Part shown: piece after piece, positions 46,315 through 55,858 of the stretch
Position numbering within the stretch: the stretch's first letter is position 1
Layout of the letters: each line of letters starts with the position of its first letter
Origin: a virus
Virus record (IMG/VR): IMGVR_UViG_3300050011_000164
Coordinates: 1 to 64,000 of that record
Length of the DNA: 64,000 nt
Strand: one strand, 5' to 3'
The notes under the pieces: generated by a model
What the model was told of the DNA's origin: nothing
Database searches by the model: none
Seen by the model: the letters and a program-made list of their open reading frames with translations, nothing else
Position numbers and translations under genes: made by a program

Positions 46315-49300
46315 TCATTCTTTCGTGCCGCATATAAAACTGTATGTCGCGATCAAGCTCTCGGTGTCGATGTCATCGATACGGACGAAGACTTCGTACA
46401 CGTAGCCGCCCTCTTCACCTTCGTGCCACACCGCACCCTGAGCCGAGGAGCTATTGATAGCGTCCTTGATCTCGCTGTCGGTGAGCTTGTTCATCAGGTA
46501 CTTCACGCGGCTCGCCTGATTGTAGATATTGAAACTCGACAAACCTTGCGGCTGTTCGACCTGAGCCAGTTGGATTTCACCCTTGCCCGGGACTTGGTTC
46601 AACATCGGACGGTAGGTGACCTTGAACAGTGCCACTAGGGTAGCCGCAATCTCACCGCAGACGTACTGAAGGAAGATTGAGAACTGCTTGGCTTCGTCGG
46701 CACCTGCGACCTTGCCCAGCTTCAGGCTCTTCAGATAAGCTAGTGCGGAACCCGGACGTACAAACCCTGCGGCTTTGCCGCTTGCGAATGCTTTGCCCGG
46801 CACCCCCGTTTGCTGACCGTAAAACTCGTCCGTAAACATCATACCACGGATGTCATTCTCTTTGCGGAGTGGAGCACCTTCGAGCACTTCAGGCTTGCCA
46901 TCACGACCGATGCCAGCAGCCGCAGCGGGGCTGGTGCTGACGTAGGCGATGATGGTGGTGTCAAGAGCACCTTCGAGAGCGGCTGCAAGAGCTATCTCCT
47001 CTGGAACTTCGTCCTTGTCACCAACGATGTCGGGATACTGCATCGGGGTGTTGGTCTGGTTTGGATAATCCACGAGTTCATGCTGAAGCTCGGGGGCGAT
47101 TTCGCGAAGTACCTGACCCGGGAAGAAAAAGTTGAAGCCTGCTTCCTTTTCGATCTCTTCGGGAGTCTTAGCCGCACCTTCGCCCGCATGAACTGGGGGA
47201 AGTCCTGCCGCTTCTTCTTTGTTGTATTTGTCCACGGAATCAATTGCTCCTTGTTCGGAATCGCGGATTCCGATGAATTGCTTGCCCTGATTGACCTGCC
47301 AGCGAGTGGGGCTAACCTGATCGTATGTGTATGGTTCTGCTGCTGCTTTCTTCACGCCCTTACCTCCTGCCATATAGTCCTCGTCATCCCAGCGCAAACC
47401 GTGCTTAGCTAAGATTTGCAAAGCTTCTTCTTTGCTCGGCCCGCCCATGACACCCAGCATCGCTGGGTTCATCTTGAGGGAATCGATTGCGATGCGAAGC
47501 TGGTGCTTCTCAGGTACGCTCATGGCAGCCACTCTTTTCAATACTGCGGTTGCTGTCCTGAGGGATTCCATTTTGATGCCCATGTTGTCCAACATCTTGT
47601 CGTCCTGCTTATTCGTCTGTGGGTACTTGTCGGGGTTCTCCGCACGCTCGGATTCCATCTCCGCAGTGGCGATCTCTTCCCAGTTAACTTCATTTGAGGG
47701 CTGTTCCCAATCGCTCTGCCCACCCGCGTCGTACCACATGTTCGTGATACTATCGACGAAATCACGAGCCTTGTTGCCGCTCGGCGATTTCACCACGCCT
47801 TCGAGTTGCTCGCGTTCGTGCTTTCCACGCTCACCACGGGCATTCTCGGCGTTCTCCGCATAGAACTTCTTACTCTGCTCACCGAACTTCTTGAAGAGGC
47901 GGGCGAACTGACCTGCCAACTCCTTCGGGGTCATTTTCTTCTTCAAGGCATTACGAACCAAATTGTGGAGCGTCGTAAGCCCCGCCGAGTCGTTGTTAAT
48001 CATCAGGGCAGTGTGACCTGTGATCCAATCGTCGTAGCCGAAATGGTCCGCCGCCATCTTAGCCAAGCTCATCATGCTGGCTCCCTTAGAGGGCTCCCAC
48101 TTTACAGTGCAACCTGCGGGACAATCCACTGGGTCCTGTAGCCGACCTTCATACGTCCCATCCGCAGCATACGCCACTGGAACCATCGGTGGCTGGGGCT
48201 TCGGCGGTACGGGCGACGGTGGTTGACCCTTCATCTGGCGGCTACGGTTCTGCGAGATGATCTGGTTACGCTCCTGTACCAACTTCTGGTACTCGGCGTA
48301 TGACGTTGCTGCCAGTTTTGCGGAGGCGTGCTGCGTCATGTACCGCTTGTAATCGTTCGGTCCCTTTTCCTTACCACCCCAGTATGCGTCGGCATCCGCC
48401 AACTCTTCGGAACGCTGGCGGCGAAGTGCGGGACTGTTGGGGTCCTGTTTCGTCTCAGACGGCGGATGCTGAATGGTCTGCTTCTGATACGGCTGCATCT
48501 TCCACAGGTACTTTTCAACAAGCTTGTTGACTGCCGCTTCAGGTTTGGGGATCGCAGCGTACTCCTTACGGAAACTGTCCGCATCCGTCCCACGAAGAAC
48601 GTACTCACGTCCATTCATGGTCAGCAGCATGTGGAACCCCTGCTCATCCTGACCCTGTGCCACGTTAATTGCGGCGGTACGAACCATGTGCAGATATTCC
48701 TGCCCAGCCTGCTTGAGGTTTGCCTCATTGAACAAACTTGCGTTCTTAAGAAATGCCGCCTTGAGTTCGTGGTATGTGGCGATCTTTCCCTTGCCGTATT
48801 TCCCGCTCAGGATGTCGTCAAGCTGCTGTTCGGTAATCTTGAAATAATCCATGCAAGACTGACGGCCCATGCCCGAAGTGTACTGACCGCGAACCCGAGC
48901 AACTGTGTCGGGACTGGGGGCAGCGCCTTCGAACAGGCTTTTGTGGCCTGCGTAACCTTCTTGCGGACGCTCTGCGTGCTTTTCCATATTCGGGGTTGCT
49001 GACAAGCTCGTACCTCCAAACATACCGTTAGCTGAAGTGTTTTCCCTCGGGTGCTGCTTCTCACCACCGATAGGTTGTTCTTTCTTACCTGCCTCGATCC
49101 CACGACGCGCATACTCTGGTTCACGTGCAGGAGGAGCCGCTGGCGGCATACTGGATACGGCTTCGGAGCCACATGCAGCGCATTGTCCCCTTACACTGAG
49201 TTCTCCCTCGTTGCCGCAATTGAGACATTGCCATTTTTCCCGAGGCACTTCGGATGCGATGTTGATGATGATTTGAGTCCCGGGTTTAGCGGTGACTTCT

Positions 49301-49656
49301 TGTGCGGCGGCGTTGTCCTTGACTTCTTTGTCTCCATAAGGACCATCGCCCCTAGTCGCCATCTCATCTTCTTTCTCTTCGATGGTTTTACCGATCTCCA
49401 TCTCGGCCTGAGCTTCGATGGCATCTCGGACAGCGGAAACATTCTGGCGTTCAGGCGAACGAATTTCGCCGTCGAGTACGCCTACGCCGCTTTCGTCGTG
49501 GGAATTACCCACCAACTCATCGTTACTCGGCCCAGCTTCCGCCGTAGCTTCGGGGGTTGCTGGTTCGAGCTTCTGAGACAGATCATCGTCGCTGTGCATT
49601 AAGTCCGCCCCAACCCTGCGGGCGGCTTCACGCAACCTATCGATACTAATTGGCAT
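46315..49656 (-). CDS. large multi-module probable head/internal virion protein with KxA linkers
   Basis: Start MPISID; repeated KHAE, KIAT, KNAS, KQAG, RTAA, KLAA, KMAA, RVAA, KAAA, KEAG, KVAG; lies near terL. Confidence 0.6.
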   Translation of the reverse strand: MPISIDRLREAARRVGADLMHSDDDLSQKLEPATPEATAEAGPSNDELVGNSHDESGVGVLDGEIRSPERQNVSAVRDAIEAQAEMEIGKTIEEKEDEMATRGDGPYGDKEVKDNAAAQEVTAKPGTQIIINIASEVPREKWQCLNCGNEGELSVRGQCAACGSEAVSSMPPAAPPAREPEYARRGIEAGKKEQPIGGEKQHPRENTSANGMFGGTSLSATPNMEKHAERPQEGYAGHKSLFEGAAPSPDTVARVRGQYTSGMGRQSCMDYFKITEQQLDDILSGKYGKGKIATYHELKAAFLKNASLFNEANLKQAGQEYLHMVRTAAINVAQGQDEQGFHMLLTMNGREYVLRGTDADSFRKEYAAIPKPEAAVNKLVEKYLWKMQPYQKQTIQHPPSETKQDPNSPALRRQRSEELADADAYWGGKEKGPNDYKRYMTQHASAKLAATSYAEYQKLVQERNQIISQNRSRQMKGQPPSPVPPKPQPPMVPVAYAADGTYEGRLQDPVDCPAGCTVKWEPSKGASMMSLAKMAADHFGYDDWITGHTALMINNDSAGLTTLHNLVRNALKKKMTPKELAGQFARLFKKFGEQSKKFYAENAENARGERGKHEREQLEGVVKSPSGNKARDFVDSITNMWYDAGGQSDWEQPSNEVNWEEIATAEMESERAENPDKYPQTNKQDDKMLDNMGIKMESLRTATAVLKRVAAMSVPEKHQLRIAIDSLKMNPAMLGVMGGPSKEEALQILAKHGLRWDDEDYMAGGKGVKKAAAEPYTYDQVSPTRWQVNQGKQFIGIRDSEQGAIDSVDKYNKEEAAGLPPVHAGEGAAKTPEEIEKEAGFNFFFPGQVLREIAPELQHELVDYPNQTNTPMQYPDIVGDKDEVPEEIALAAALEGALDTTIIAYVSTSPAAAAGIGRDGKPEVLEGAPLRKENDIRGMMFTDEFYGQQTGVPGKAFASGKAAGFVRPGSALAYLKSLKLGKVAGADEAKQFSIFLQYVCGEIAATLVALFKVTYRPMLNQVPGKGEIQLAQVEQPQGLSSFNIYNQASRVKYLMNKLTDSEIKDAINSSSAQGAVWHEGEEGGYVYEVFVRIDDIDTESLIATYSFICGTKE

Positions 49657-52600
49657 CTTCCTGCTCCACAACTAAGTCCGCCAGATCACCGATACCGAGA
49701 TCGATTGGACGTTCCTCGTCTTCTTCGTCGCCATAGCCTGCACACGCTGTGTGTGCATTCAGTGCGTCGGTGCCGAGTTCCGCGACAATCTCCAGAGTGT
49801 TCTGAAGTTCATCCACGTTATCGCCCTCTTCGTAAAGCTCACCATCTACGAATACTTGGTAGCCGTCTGTGAAGGTCAGGACTTCGACGCGGCTGTCGTT
49901 GAGCATGAAATGCCCCGGCTCGCCATCGTCACTCCAACCCATACCCACCAGCGTCTCGACATACGGGAATTCCCCGACTTCGGCTGGCATTCCTGCGGCT
50001 GCTTCTTTCGTGTCGTCCGCCGCGTCCTCGTGTGGTGGTTGTGGCTTCTGTGGTTCCACAGGAGCGTCACCGCGTAGTTCTGGTTTCGTCTCCAAAGGCG
50101 TATCATTGCCTTTTAACTGATCGTCTTGTGATTCAGGCTTCGTCGCCAGAGGCTTGCCCTTTGACTGATTGCCCTGTGGCGCAGCCAAGTCACCCTGTTG
50201 ACGATTGTCGCTGTCAACGCCCGGAGAAACGGCATCCGCTGCCTGTTCAGGGTTGCGCGGAGTTCCACGTCCACCCCCGCCGCCTCCACCGCCGCCAGAG
50301 CCTTCGCCCGTGCCGCCAGTTCCATCAGAACCCGGTCCATCGCCGCCCGGACCCGAACCGCTGTCCGTATCGACGGTAGATGCACCGCCCGTGCCGCCGT
50401 TGTAGATGATGATGGTGGGGGTTTTAGGTTGCACTCCACCAGCAGGTTGACCAGCGGCTTGTACACTGCCGTCTTCACCGCCGCCTTCGTCACCACCCGC
50501 TGAGTTTGTGCTCGTTGGTGCAATGCTCACAGTTCCACCCGTGCCAGCCCCGCCTGTTCCCGTGCTGGTCGCCGCACCACCCGTGCCAGCCCCGCCCGTA
50601 CCTGCACCACCCATGCCGCTACCTACGCCGCCAGTTGATGCACCGCCCGGACTTGAACCGCCAGTTTCGGTTGATGTTTCGTTGCCAGAAGTTTCCGAGG
50701 TTCCATTACCACCCGCACCCGCTGGTGCTGCTACGGCTGCTGGTGCTGGTGCTGCTGGAACCGCTGCTGGTGCTGCTGCTGGTGCTGCCGCTGGAGCTTC
50801 AGCCTTCGCGGGAGGAGTAACGGCGGGCTTATTCTTGCCCTTCGTCTCATCAGGCTTGGCTGCTGGTTCATCTTCAGCTTCGGGTTTCTCGTCAGCTTCA
50901 ACTTCAGGCTTCTCGTCATCTGCCTCAACGGGTTCTTCCTCATCCGCCGAGAAATGCTCAGGGTTGACCGTCTTGGTCGCACGTGAGTCATTCGCCAAAT
51001 CTTTCTTGGCTCCATGGTCGAGTTCCGACTTGGCTTCGGAGATATCCCCCGAGATGTCCGCCGAGTTCATTGTCATACGGTCTGTTTCAGCAATGTCCTG
51101 TGCGTAAGCATTATCGGCTTCGCGCTGAGCTTGAACATACGCTTCTGTTGCAGCTTCCGCTTCTGCCGCAAACTCAGGGTAGACCTGACCCGATACTGGG
51201 TCGATGTGCTCTTCACAGTCTTCCGCTGGTATCTGGCAGATTGCACAGAAGTCTTGTGCGCCTGCTGGCGGTTCATCGTTACGGCTGATGGCGGTCTTCT
51301 GAGAAGAACGCTTACCAGCCTCGCCTACGGACTCCGTGGGCTGCTTGATGTCCTTGTCAACGGTGTCTGGGTTGACTACTTCGGACTTCGCTTCCGAGAT
51401 GTCCCCCGAAATGTCAGCCGCGTTACGACGTGTCAGTTCACGAGCATCGCGTTGACGCTGCGCTTCCAGACGTTTCGCACGCTCTTCATTGGTTTCTTCC
51501 GCCACATCACCCTCTACCTTGAACATCGGCTCTTCTTCCTTCGACCACGTAGCCAACGGGTTCTGGTAGGTGCCGTCGTTCGGGTAAACCGCAGCTTCAG
51601 TTGGGTCGAAATGACCAATCAGATGCTCGTTGTGCCCGCCGGGTTCCATGCTCTTGAGCAAAGCTTCCATATATCGTGCGAGGTTCGCATCATTTGGCTT
51701 ACCTGCACCACGCTGTTGTCCGTAACCCTTCACGTCCCACGCAGCATCGGTCGAGCCCGGAATACGAATGACGTACTTCGGTGTAATGGTACGGCCAGCG
51801 GTCTTGCTGATATCAGCGTCCGTCTTCGGAAGGATGGCACCGTCGCCATCAGCTTCGTTTGCAGGATTGTCGGCGGTGTCCGCCGTCTTTCCCTCACCGA
51901 AGTAAGATGCGAAGTCATCCTCGGCGTAATTTGCCGTCTTTTCGCTCGACGCCAGAATCGCGTCGTCAAAGTTGGGCTCCATCTGCTCTTCCAGAGTGAT
52001 GTACTGAGTGTTCTCTCCGAAAGGAACGTCGCTCTCTTCGAAGTGACCATTCTTATCGCGACAATCGCCATTCCAACCGAGTCCGAGTTTCTCGGAGGTC
52101 GTCAAGGATGGGTGTACGCCGCCGCAGGCACCGCACTCGTAGAATACTGCGGGTGCCGTTGCTTGAGCTTCTTCCATCTGATCCAATGCCGCGCCATTTT
52201 CGTCAGCGAGGATGGAATCGAGTCCAGCGAAATGCTCATCGTCTTCGTCGTAACCGTTATCGAACGAAGGCTCCGCAGAGCAGCATGGATCATCCTCGTT
52301 CACGGTGCTGCCGCATTCGAAGCACTTACGCTGCTTTACCCAACCCTGTTGGTCGGCGTCCCAGCGAGAATTCTGGTTGGGGCAACCTGTTTCGTGAGTC
52401 GCAACACCGTTGATGCTCAACATCTCGCACTGGTCGCAACGAACACGCTGTCTGGGGCGAGCATTAGGTGCAGCCGTCTTGGAGTCTTCTTCCTTTGGCT
52501 CTTCCTTCTCTTCCTTTGGCTCGTCCTTCTTCTCGGACTTACTCTTGCCACGGTTCTTCGCCCATTCGGATTTAGAACCACCCTCGGACTTTGTTTCTTT

Positions 52601-55300
52601 CGAGTCCGCCGATGCTCCGTCGTCGCCCGTGCTGGGCTCGTCCTCTTCGGACTTGGTGGTATCGTTCTCAAGAGCCTCTTCCACCTTTACGGTCGGCTCT
52701 TCCTGATCGCCCTTGACCTGCTCGGGAACGTCGCTCTTCGAGTCCGCACTCATCTCTGGAGCTTCGATCTCGTGCTGCCCTGTGGTGGACTTTTCGTTGT
52801 CCTTACTCTCGCCCGGAAGTCTAATCTCGGGTGCAGGCCCCATGTCTTCCATCGTCTCGGACCAAATGTCGTCGATATCCTGAGGAACATCGGCGAATTT
52901 CTTACGCTGAGACGAATACTTGCGGGCCATCTCTTCTTCACGCTTCTTAGCCGCCGTGACGGAGTGCTGCGAGCGAGCATCGTAATCCTCGCCGCCAAAC
53001 CCGCCGCCAATCAAACTGGCAATGTAGGATGCGTCGTTTTGCGAAGCCGTCTTCTTGGACGCCTTCTTGGAGGAGATCACGGGTGGAACCTGCCCACCCT
53101 TCTGATCCTGTCCGTGGTCGCGTTCGCCAGCGTCTTCTGCTCCGAACTGATAGATCATGTCATCGTCACCGACGTAAATGTCCACGTTACCCCAAGCCTT
53201 GGAAGCCTCGGTCAAGCCATCGCCCGTTGTCGGGTAATCGCCATCCCAATAGCCCGCTCCGTGACCGCAGCGGGTGAGCCAGAAATCATGACCCTGACGG
53301 AAGTCGTCCTGACCATCCTGTTCGGATGCCGCAGCCAAAAGCTCGGCATTCTCCGCTTGGAACTTAGCGCAATCTTCGGTCATCGCCTGCAAGCAGGAGG
53401 GAGCGAGATCGCGGATATCGTAATTCTGATCCAATGGCTGTCCACCGCTTGGATCGGACTCGTCATTCGAAGACCACAGAGCGGTCTCGATGTAGCCACG
53501 AGTGAAGTTGTCGAATTCAGCGGCGACCTTCTTGGCAGTGCCCACCCACAAGGAGGAAGCCTGCTTCTTGCCTAGCCCGCCCCACTTGGCGGCGTCGAAA
53601 GATGCGTGATGATCCTTCAGAGCATCTTTGCCCTGACGAGCCTGACTCACGTTCTTCTTCAAGTGCTCACTGATGGCTTCGGGATCGTCCTCTGCACCCT
53701 TCTTCGAAGACGAGATCGACAAAGGAGTCGGCCCATGCTTCCCTGCGGCGATCTCCTTCTTGTGATCGGCTACCGCGTGATGAGCCTGATTATCCTGACT
53801 CATGCTGGCGGCGTATTCCTTCATCTTGTCGGCATGTTTTTCGAGAGCCTCTTTAGCCTCTTTACCGCCTTTGCGGACTCCATCCAGTACCGCACTAGCG
53901 GATGCGCTCAAATCGCCAGCCTGAGTTTGTGCCGCGAGACGTTCAACATCCCCCGTACAGGTCAGACCCTCAACACGCTTCGCCTGCTTGTCAGCGGCCC
54001 TCTTGTCGTACTGAGCCTTGACTTCGCCAGCCCATGGACCCGGATTCTTTTCCTCGTACTTCTGGATCGCTTCCTTTATGTTGCTCGCCCATGTCGTGCT
54101 TGCAACATATTTGCCGCTAACGAAGATATCGATCTTCGGGAAATCGCGACGGTCGCCGTAAGCGGCGGACTTTCCCTTACGCTCTTCTTCTGGACGGCGA
54201 GGTACGCCAGTCTCATCGAGAGCGATGCCAATTGGTGCGCTGTTGATGACGGCCTTCGGCGTGTCCTTCTCGTCCTTGTAACCTTCGGTGCGCTGGTTAG
54301 CTTCGTCGTGAGCTTCGGTGCCGGGGCCAACGTTCGTAATCGGGGTCTCGAATACCGCAGTGGCGGAACCCTTCTTGACGCCCTTGTTGCAGAACTTGCA
54401 GCCATCGCCTTCGCACTTGTCGCATTCCTGAGCCGCAATACGGGGAACCATTTCGCCCTTTGTCGGAGCTTTACCTTCGGAAGCGTTTTCAACGCCCTTG
54501 GTGCCGCTTGGCATGATGCTGTTGCGGAGAGCCGTGTCCAAAGATTCGAACACGTCCATCTCCTGAGGTTCTAAGACAGCTTTGGTAACTTCGTCGGCGG
54601 TCTTGATGGTCAAACCGAGGCGGGTTCTCTTCTTCGACCCTTCCTTGGTGAGGAGCGGGTATTCCTTCAACGGATTCTCAGCCAAAGCGGGGAAGTTCAT
54701 CTTCGGCGTGATGTCCGTGACATCGAACTTCGAGGTCTCCACATCGGTCATCATGGCATCGAATGCCGAGGACAGACGGGGGTCGAAGTACGAACTGAAG
54801 ACCAAATGACGGGTCAGGTTTGCAAGCTGGTTATCGTCTTTCGGGAATTGGAAACCGATGTACTCACGCTTGTTAACCCAGTTAGGAGCGAACAGGATGA
54901 GGGCGGCGAACTTACCATCTTCGGAGCCGAACAACTCTTCCTTAATCGACGCATAGGACGCCTGAGAATATTCATCCCATTCGGTATCACCGATTTTGTG
55001 GGAGATCATGTCGCCAATTTCCTCACCACCAAAGGTGCGAACAAGACAACCATAGAGCAGTGCGGTCGGGAAGTCCTGCCCCTTCTTGTCAGCAACCGAG
55101 GGAGGGACGATGTAGATACGACCGATGGCAATGTTCTGACGAAAGCCCTTGTAAAAAATTTCAAAGCTTTGGACGTTGCCCGAACTACGGGCTTCCTTCT
55201 CGCCAGCCTTAATAGCTTCGACAGTTTTGCTAAGCAACCCATCATTGACCATGAAGGACTGGAAAGACTTTAATGCGACTGTGTTTCCGCTCTGAGCCAT
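49646..55300 (-). CDS. 1884-aa multi-module probable virion polyprotein with KxA linkers, Zn-ribbon modules and Gly/Ala-rich tract
   Basis: KTAD, KSAA, KRAA, KQAS, KVAA, KTAS, KFAD, KTAA, KTAN, KTAG, KTAI, KEAA; ADISGDISEAKSE occurs twice; several CxxC modules. Confidence 0.65.
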   Translation of the reverse strand: MAQSGNTVALKSFQSFMVNDGLLSKTVEAIKAGEKEARSSGNVQSFEIFYKGFRQNIAIGRIYIVPPSVADKKGQDFPTALLYGCLVRTFGGEEIGDMISHKIGDTEWDEYSQASYASIKEELFGSEDGKFAALILFAPNWVNKREYIGFQFPKDDNQLANLTRHLVFSSYFDPRLSSAFDAMMTDVETSKFDVTDITPKMNFPALAENPLKEYPLLTKEGSKKRTRLGLTIKTADEVTKAVLEPQEMDVFESLDTALRNSIMPSGTKGVENASEGKAPTKGEMVPRIAAQECDKCEGDGCKFCNKGVKKGSATAVFETPITNVGPGTEAHDEANQRTEGYKDEKDTPKAVINSAPIGIALDETGVPRRPEEERKGKSAAYGDRRDFPKIDIFVSGKYVASTTWASNIKEAIQKYEEKNPGPWAGEVKAQYDKRAADKQAKRVEGLTCTGDVERLAAQTQAGDLSASASAVLDGVRKGGKEAKEALEKHADKMKEYAASMSQDNQAHHAVADHKKEIAAGKHGPTPLSISSSKKGAEDDPEAISEHLKKNVSQARQGKDALKDHHASFDAAKWGGLGKKQASSLWVGTAKKVAAEFDNFTRGYIETALWSSNDESDPSGGQPLDQNYDIRDLAPSCLQAMTEDCAKFQAENAELLAAASEQDGQDDFRQGHDFWLTRCGHGAGYWDGDYPTTGDGLTEASKAWGNVDIYVGDDDMIYQFGAEDAGERDHGQDQKGGQVPPVISSKKASKKTASQNDASYIASLIGGGFGGEDYDARSQHSVTAAKKREEEMARKYSSQRKKFADVPQDIDDIWSETMEDMGPAPEIRLPGESKDNEKSTTGQHEIEAPEMSADSKSDVPEQVKGDQEEPTVKVEEALENDTTKSEEDEPSTGDDGASADSKETKSEGGSKSEWAKNRGKSKSEKKDEPKEEKEEPKEEDSKTAAPNARPRQRVRCDQCEMLSINGVATHETGCPNQNSRWDADQQGWVKQRKCFECGSTVNEDDPCCSAEPSFDNGYDEDDEHFAGLDSILADENGAALDQMEEAQATAPAVFYECGACGGVHPSLTTSEKLGLGWNGDCRDKNGHFEESDVPFGENTQYITLEEQMEPNFDDAILASSEKTANYAEDDFASYFGEGKTADTADNPANEADGDGAILPKTDADISKTAGRTITPKYVIRIPGSTDAAWDVKGYGQQRGAGKPNDANLARYMEALLKSMEPGGHNEHLIGHFDPTEAAVYPNDGTYQNPLATWSKEEEPMFKVEGDVAEETNEERAKRLEAQRQRDARELTRRNAADISGDISEAKSEVVNPDTVDKDIKQPTESVGEAGKRSSQKTAISRNDEPPAGAQDFCAICQIPAEDCEEHIDPVSGQVYPEFAAEAEAATEAYVQAQREADNAYAQDIAETDRMTMNSADISGDISEAKSELDHGAKKDLANDSRATKTVNPEHFSADEEEPVEADDEKPEVEADEKPEAEDEPAAKPDETKGKNKPAVTPPAKAEAPAAAPAAAPAAVPAAPAPAAVAAPAGAGGNGTSETSGNETSTETGGSSPGGASTGGVGSGMGGAGTGGAGTGGAATSTGTGGAGTGGTVSIAPTSTNSAGGDEGGGEDGSVQAAGQPAGGVQPKTPTIIIYNGGTGGASTVDTDSGSGPGGDGPGSDGTGGTGEGSGGGGGGGGGRGTPRNPEQAADAVSPGVDSDNRQQGDLAAPQGNQSKGKPLATKPESQDDQLKGNDTPLETKPELRGDAPVEPQKPQPPHEDAADDTKEAAAGMPAEVGEFPYVETLVGMGWSDDGEPGHFMLNDSRVEVLTFTDGYQVFVDGELYEEGDNVDELQNTLEIVAELGTDALNAHTACAGYGDEEDEERPIDLGIGDLADLVVEQEDAN

Positions 55301-55315
55301 GCTCGTTCCCCTTCG

Positions 55316-55858
55316 TTACTTCTGTTTGTTTGTGCCGATGTTTTCCGCTTCGCGACGAATGCGGAGTTCGTTCATTTCGATTTGGCTACGGAATTGCTTG
55401 ACGTAGCTGGTAACCGTGTGCTCGTCCCAGCCCATGGAGCGGAGAGCTTCAACGCCCATCTGCAACCACTGGCCAGCGACGAACTGGAACTTCTCGCCAT
55501 CGAAGTTGATGAAGTCACGCTTCGCTTGATTGTCCATCTCAATGATTTGGCGACCAAGTTCACGGACGCCCTTCAGTTGCTCGCTGAGACTCTTGATGGC
55601 GAGATTGGCATCCATACCTTTAATACCCGAGGTTGGATTGTCCAGATGTTCGTTCATGCCGTCCAAAATCGACGCCATTTCGAGGGCGATGAGTTTGCTG
55701 AGTTCCGCCTGACTGATATTCGTGTCTTCGATCTTCGTCCGAATCTCATTCAGTTTGGAGCTAAGCTCACGCTTGCCCGGTTTCTTGACTTCCGCCGCCG
55801 CGTTGTACTTTCCTTCCAGATTGATCACCAGTTCTGTACGCTCGGTTTCGTTGCTCAT
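55316..55858 (-). CDS. helical hypothetical protein
   Basis: 180-aa ORF coupled to upstream gene (TAATG). Confidence 0.65.
   Translation of the reverse strand: MSNETERTELVINLEGKYNAAAEVKKPGKRELSSKLNEIRTKIEDTNISQAELSKLIALEMASILDGMNEHLDNPTSGIKGMDANLAIKSLSEQLKGVRELGRQIIEMDNQAKRDFINFDGEKFQFVAGQWLQMGVEALRSMGWDEHTVTSYVKQFRSQIEMNELRIRREAENIGTNKQK

Noticed and set aside
50270-50810. Gly/Ala/Pro-rich low-complexity repeats as a CRISPR or other DNA repeat element
   Set aside because: They are codon-level repeats of a flexible linker in the 1884-aa protein. No repeat-spacer array was seen anywhere in the window.
51014-53575. 853-aa plus-strand ORF and other long antisense ORFs (e.g. 53606-54574, 20081-21007)
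   Set aside because: They are shadows of the minus-strand genes caused by codon bias, with no motifs or translation signals.
55316-55858. Terminase small subunit
   Set aside because: Size and helical character fit, but there is no diagnostic motif and it lies 10 kb from terL.
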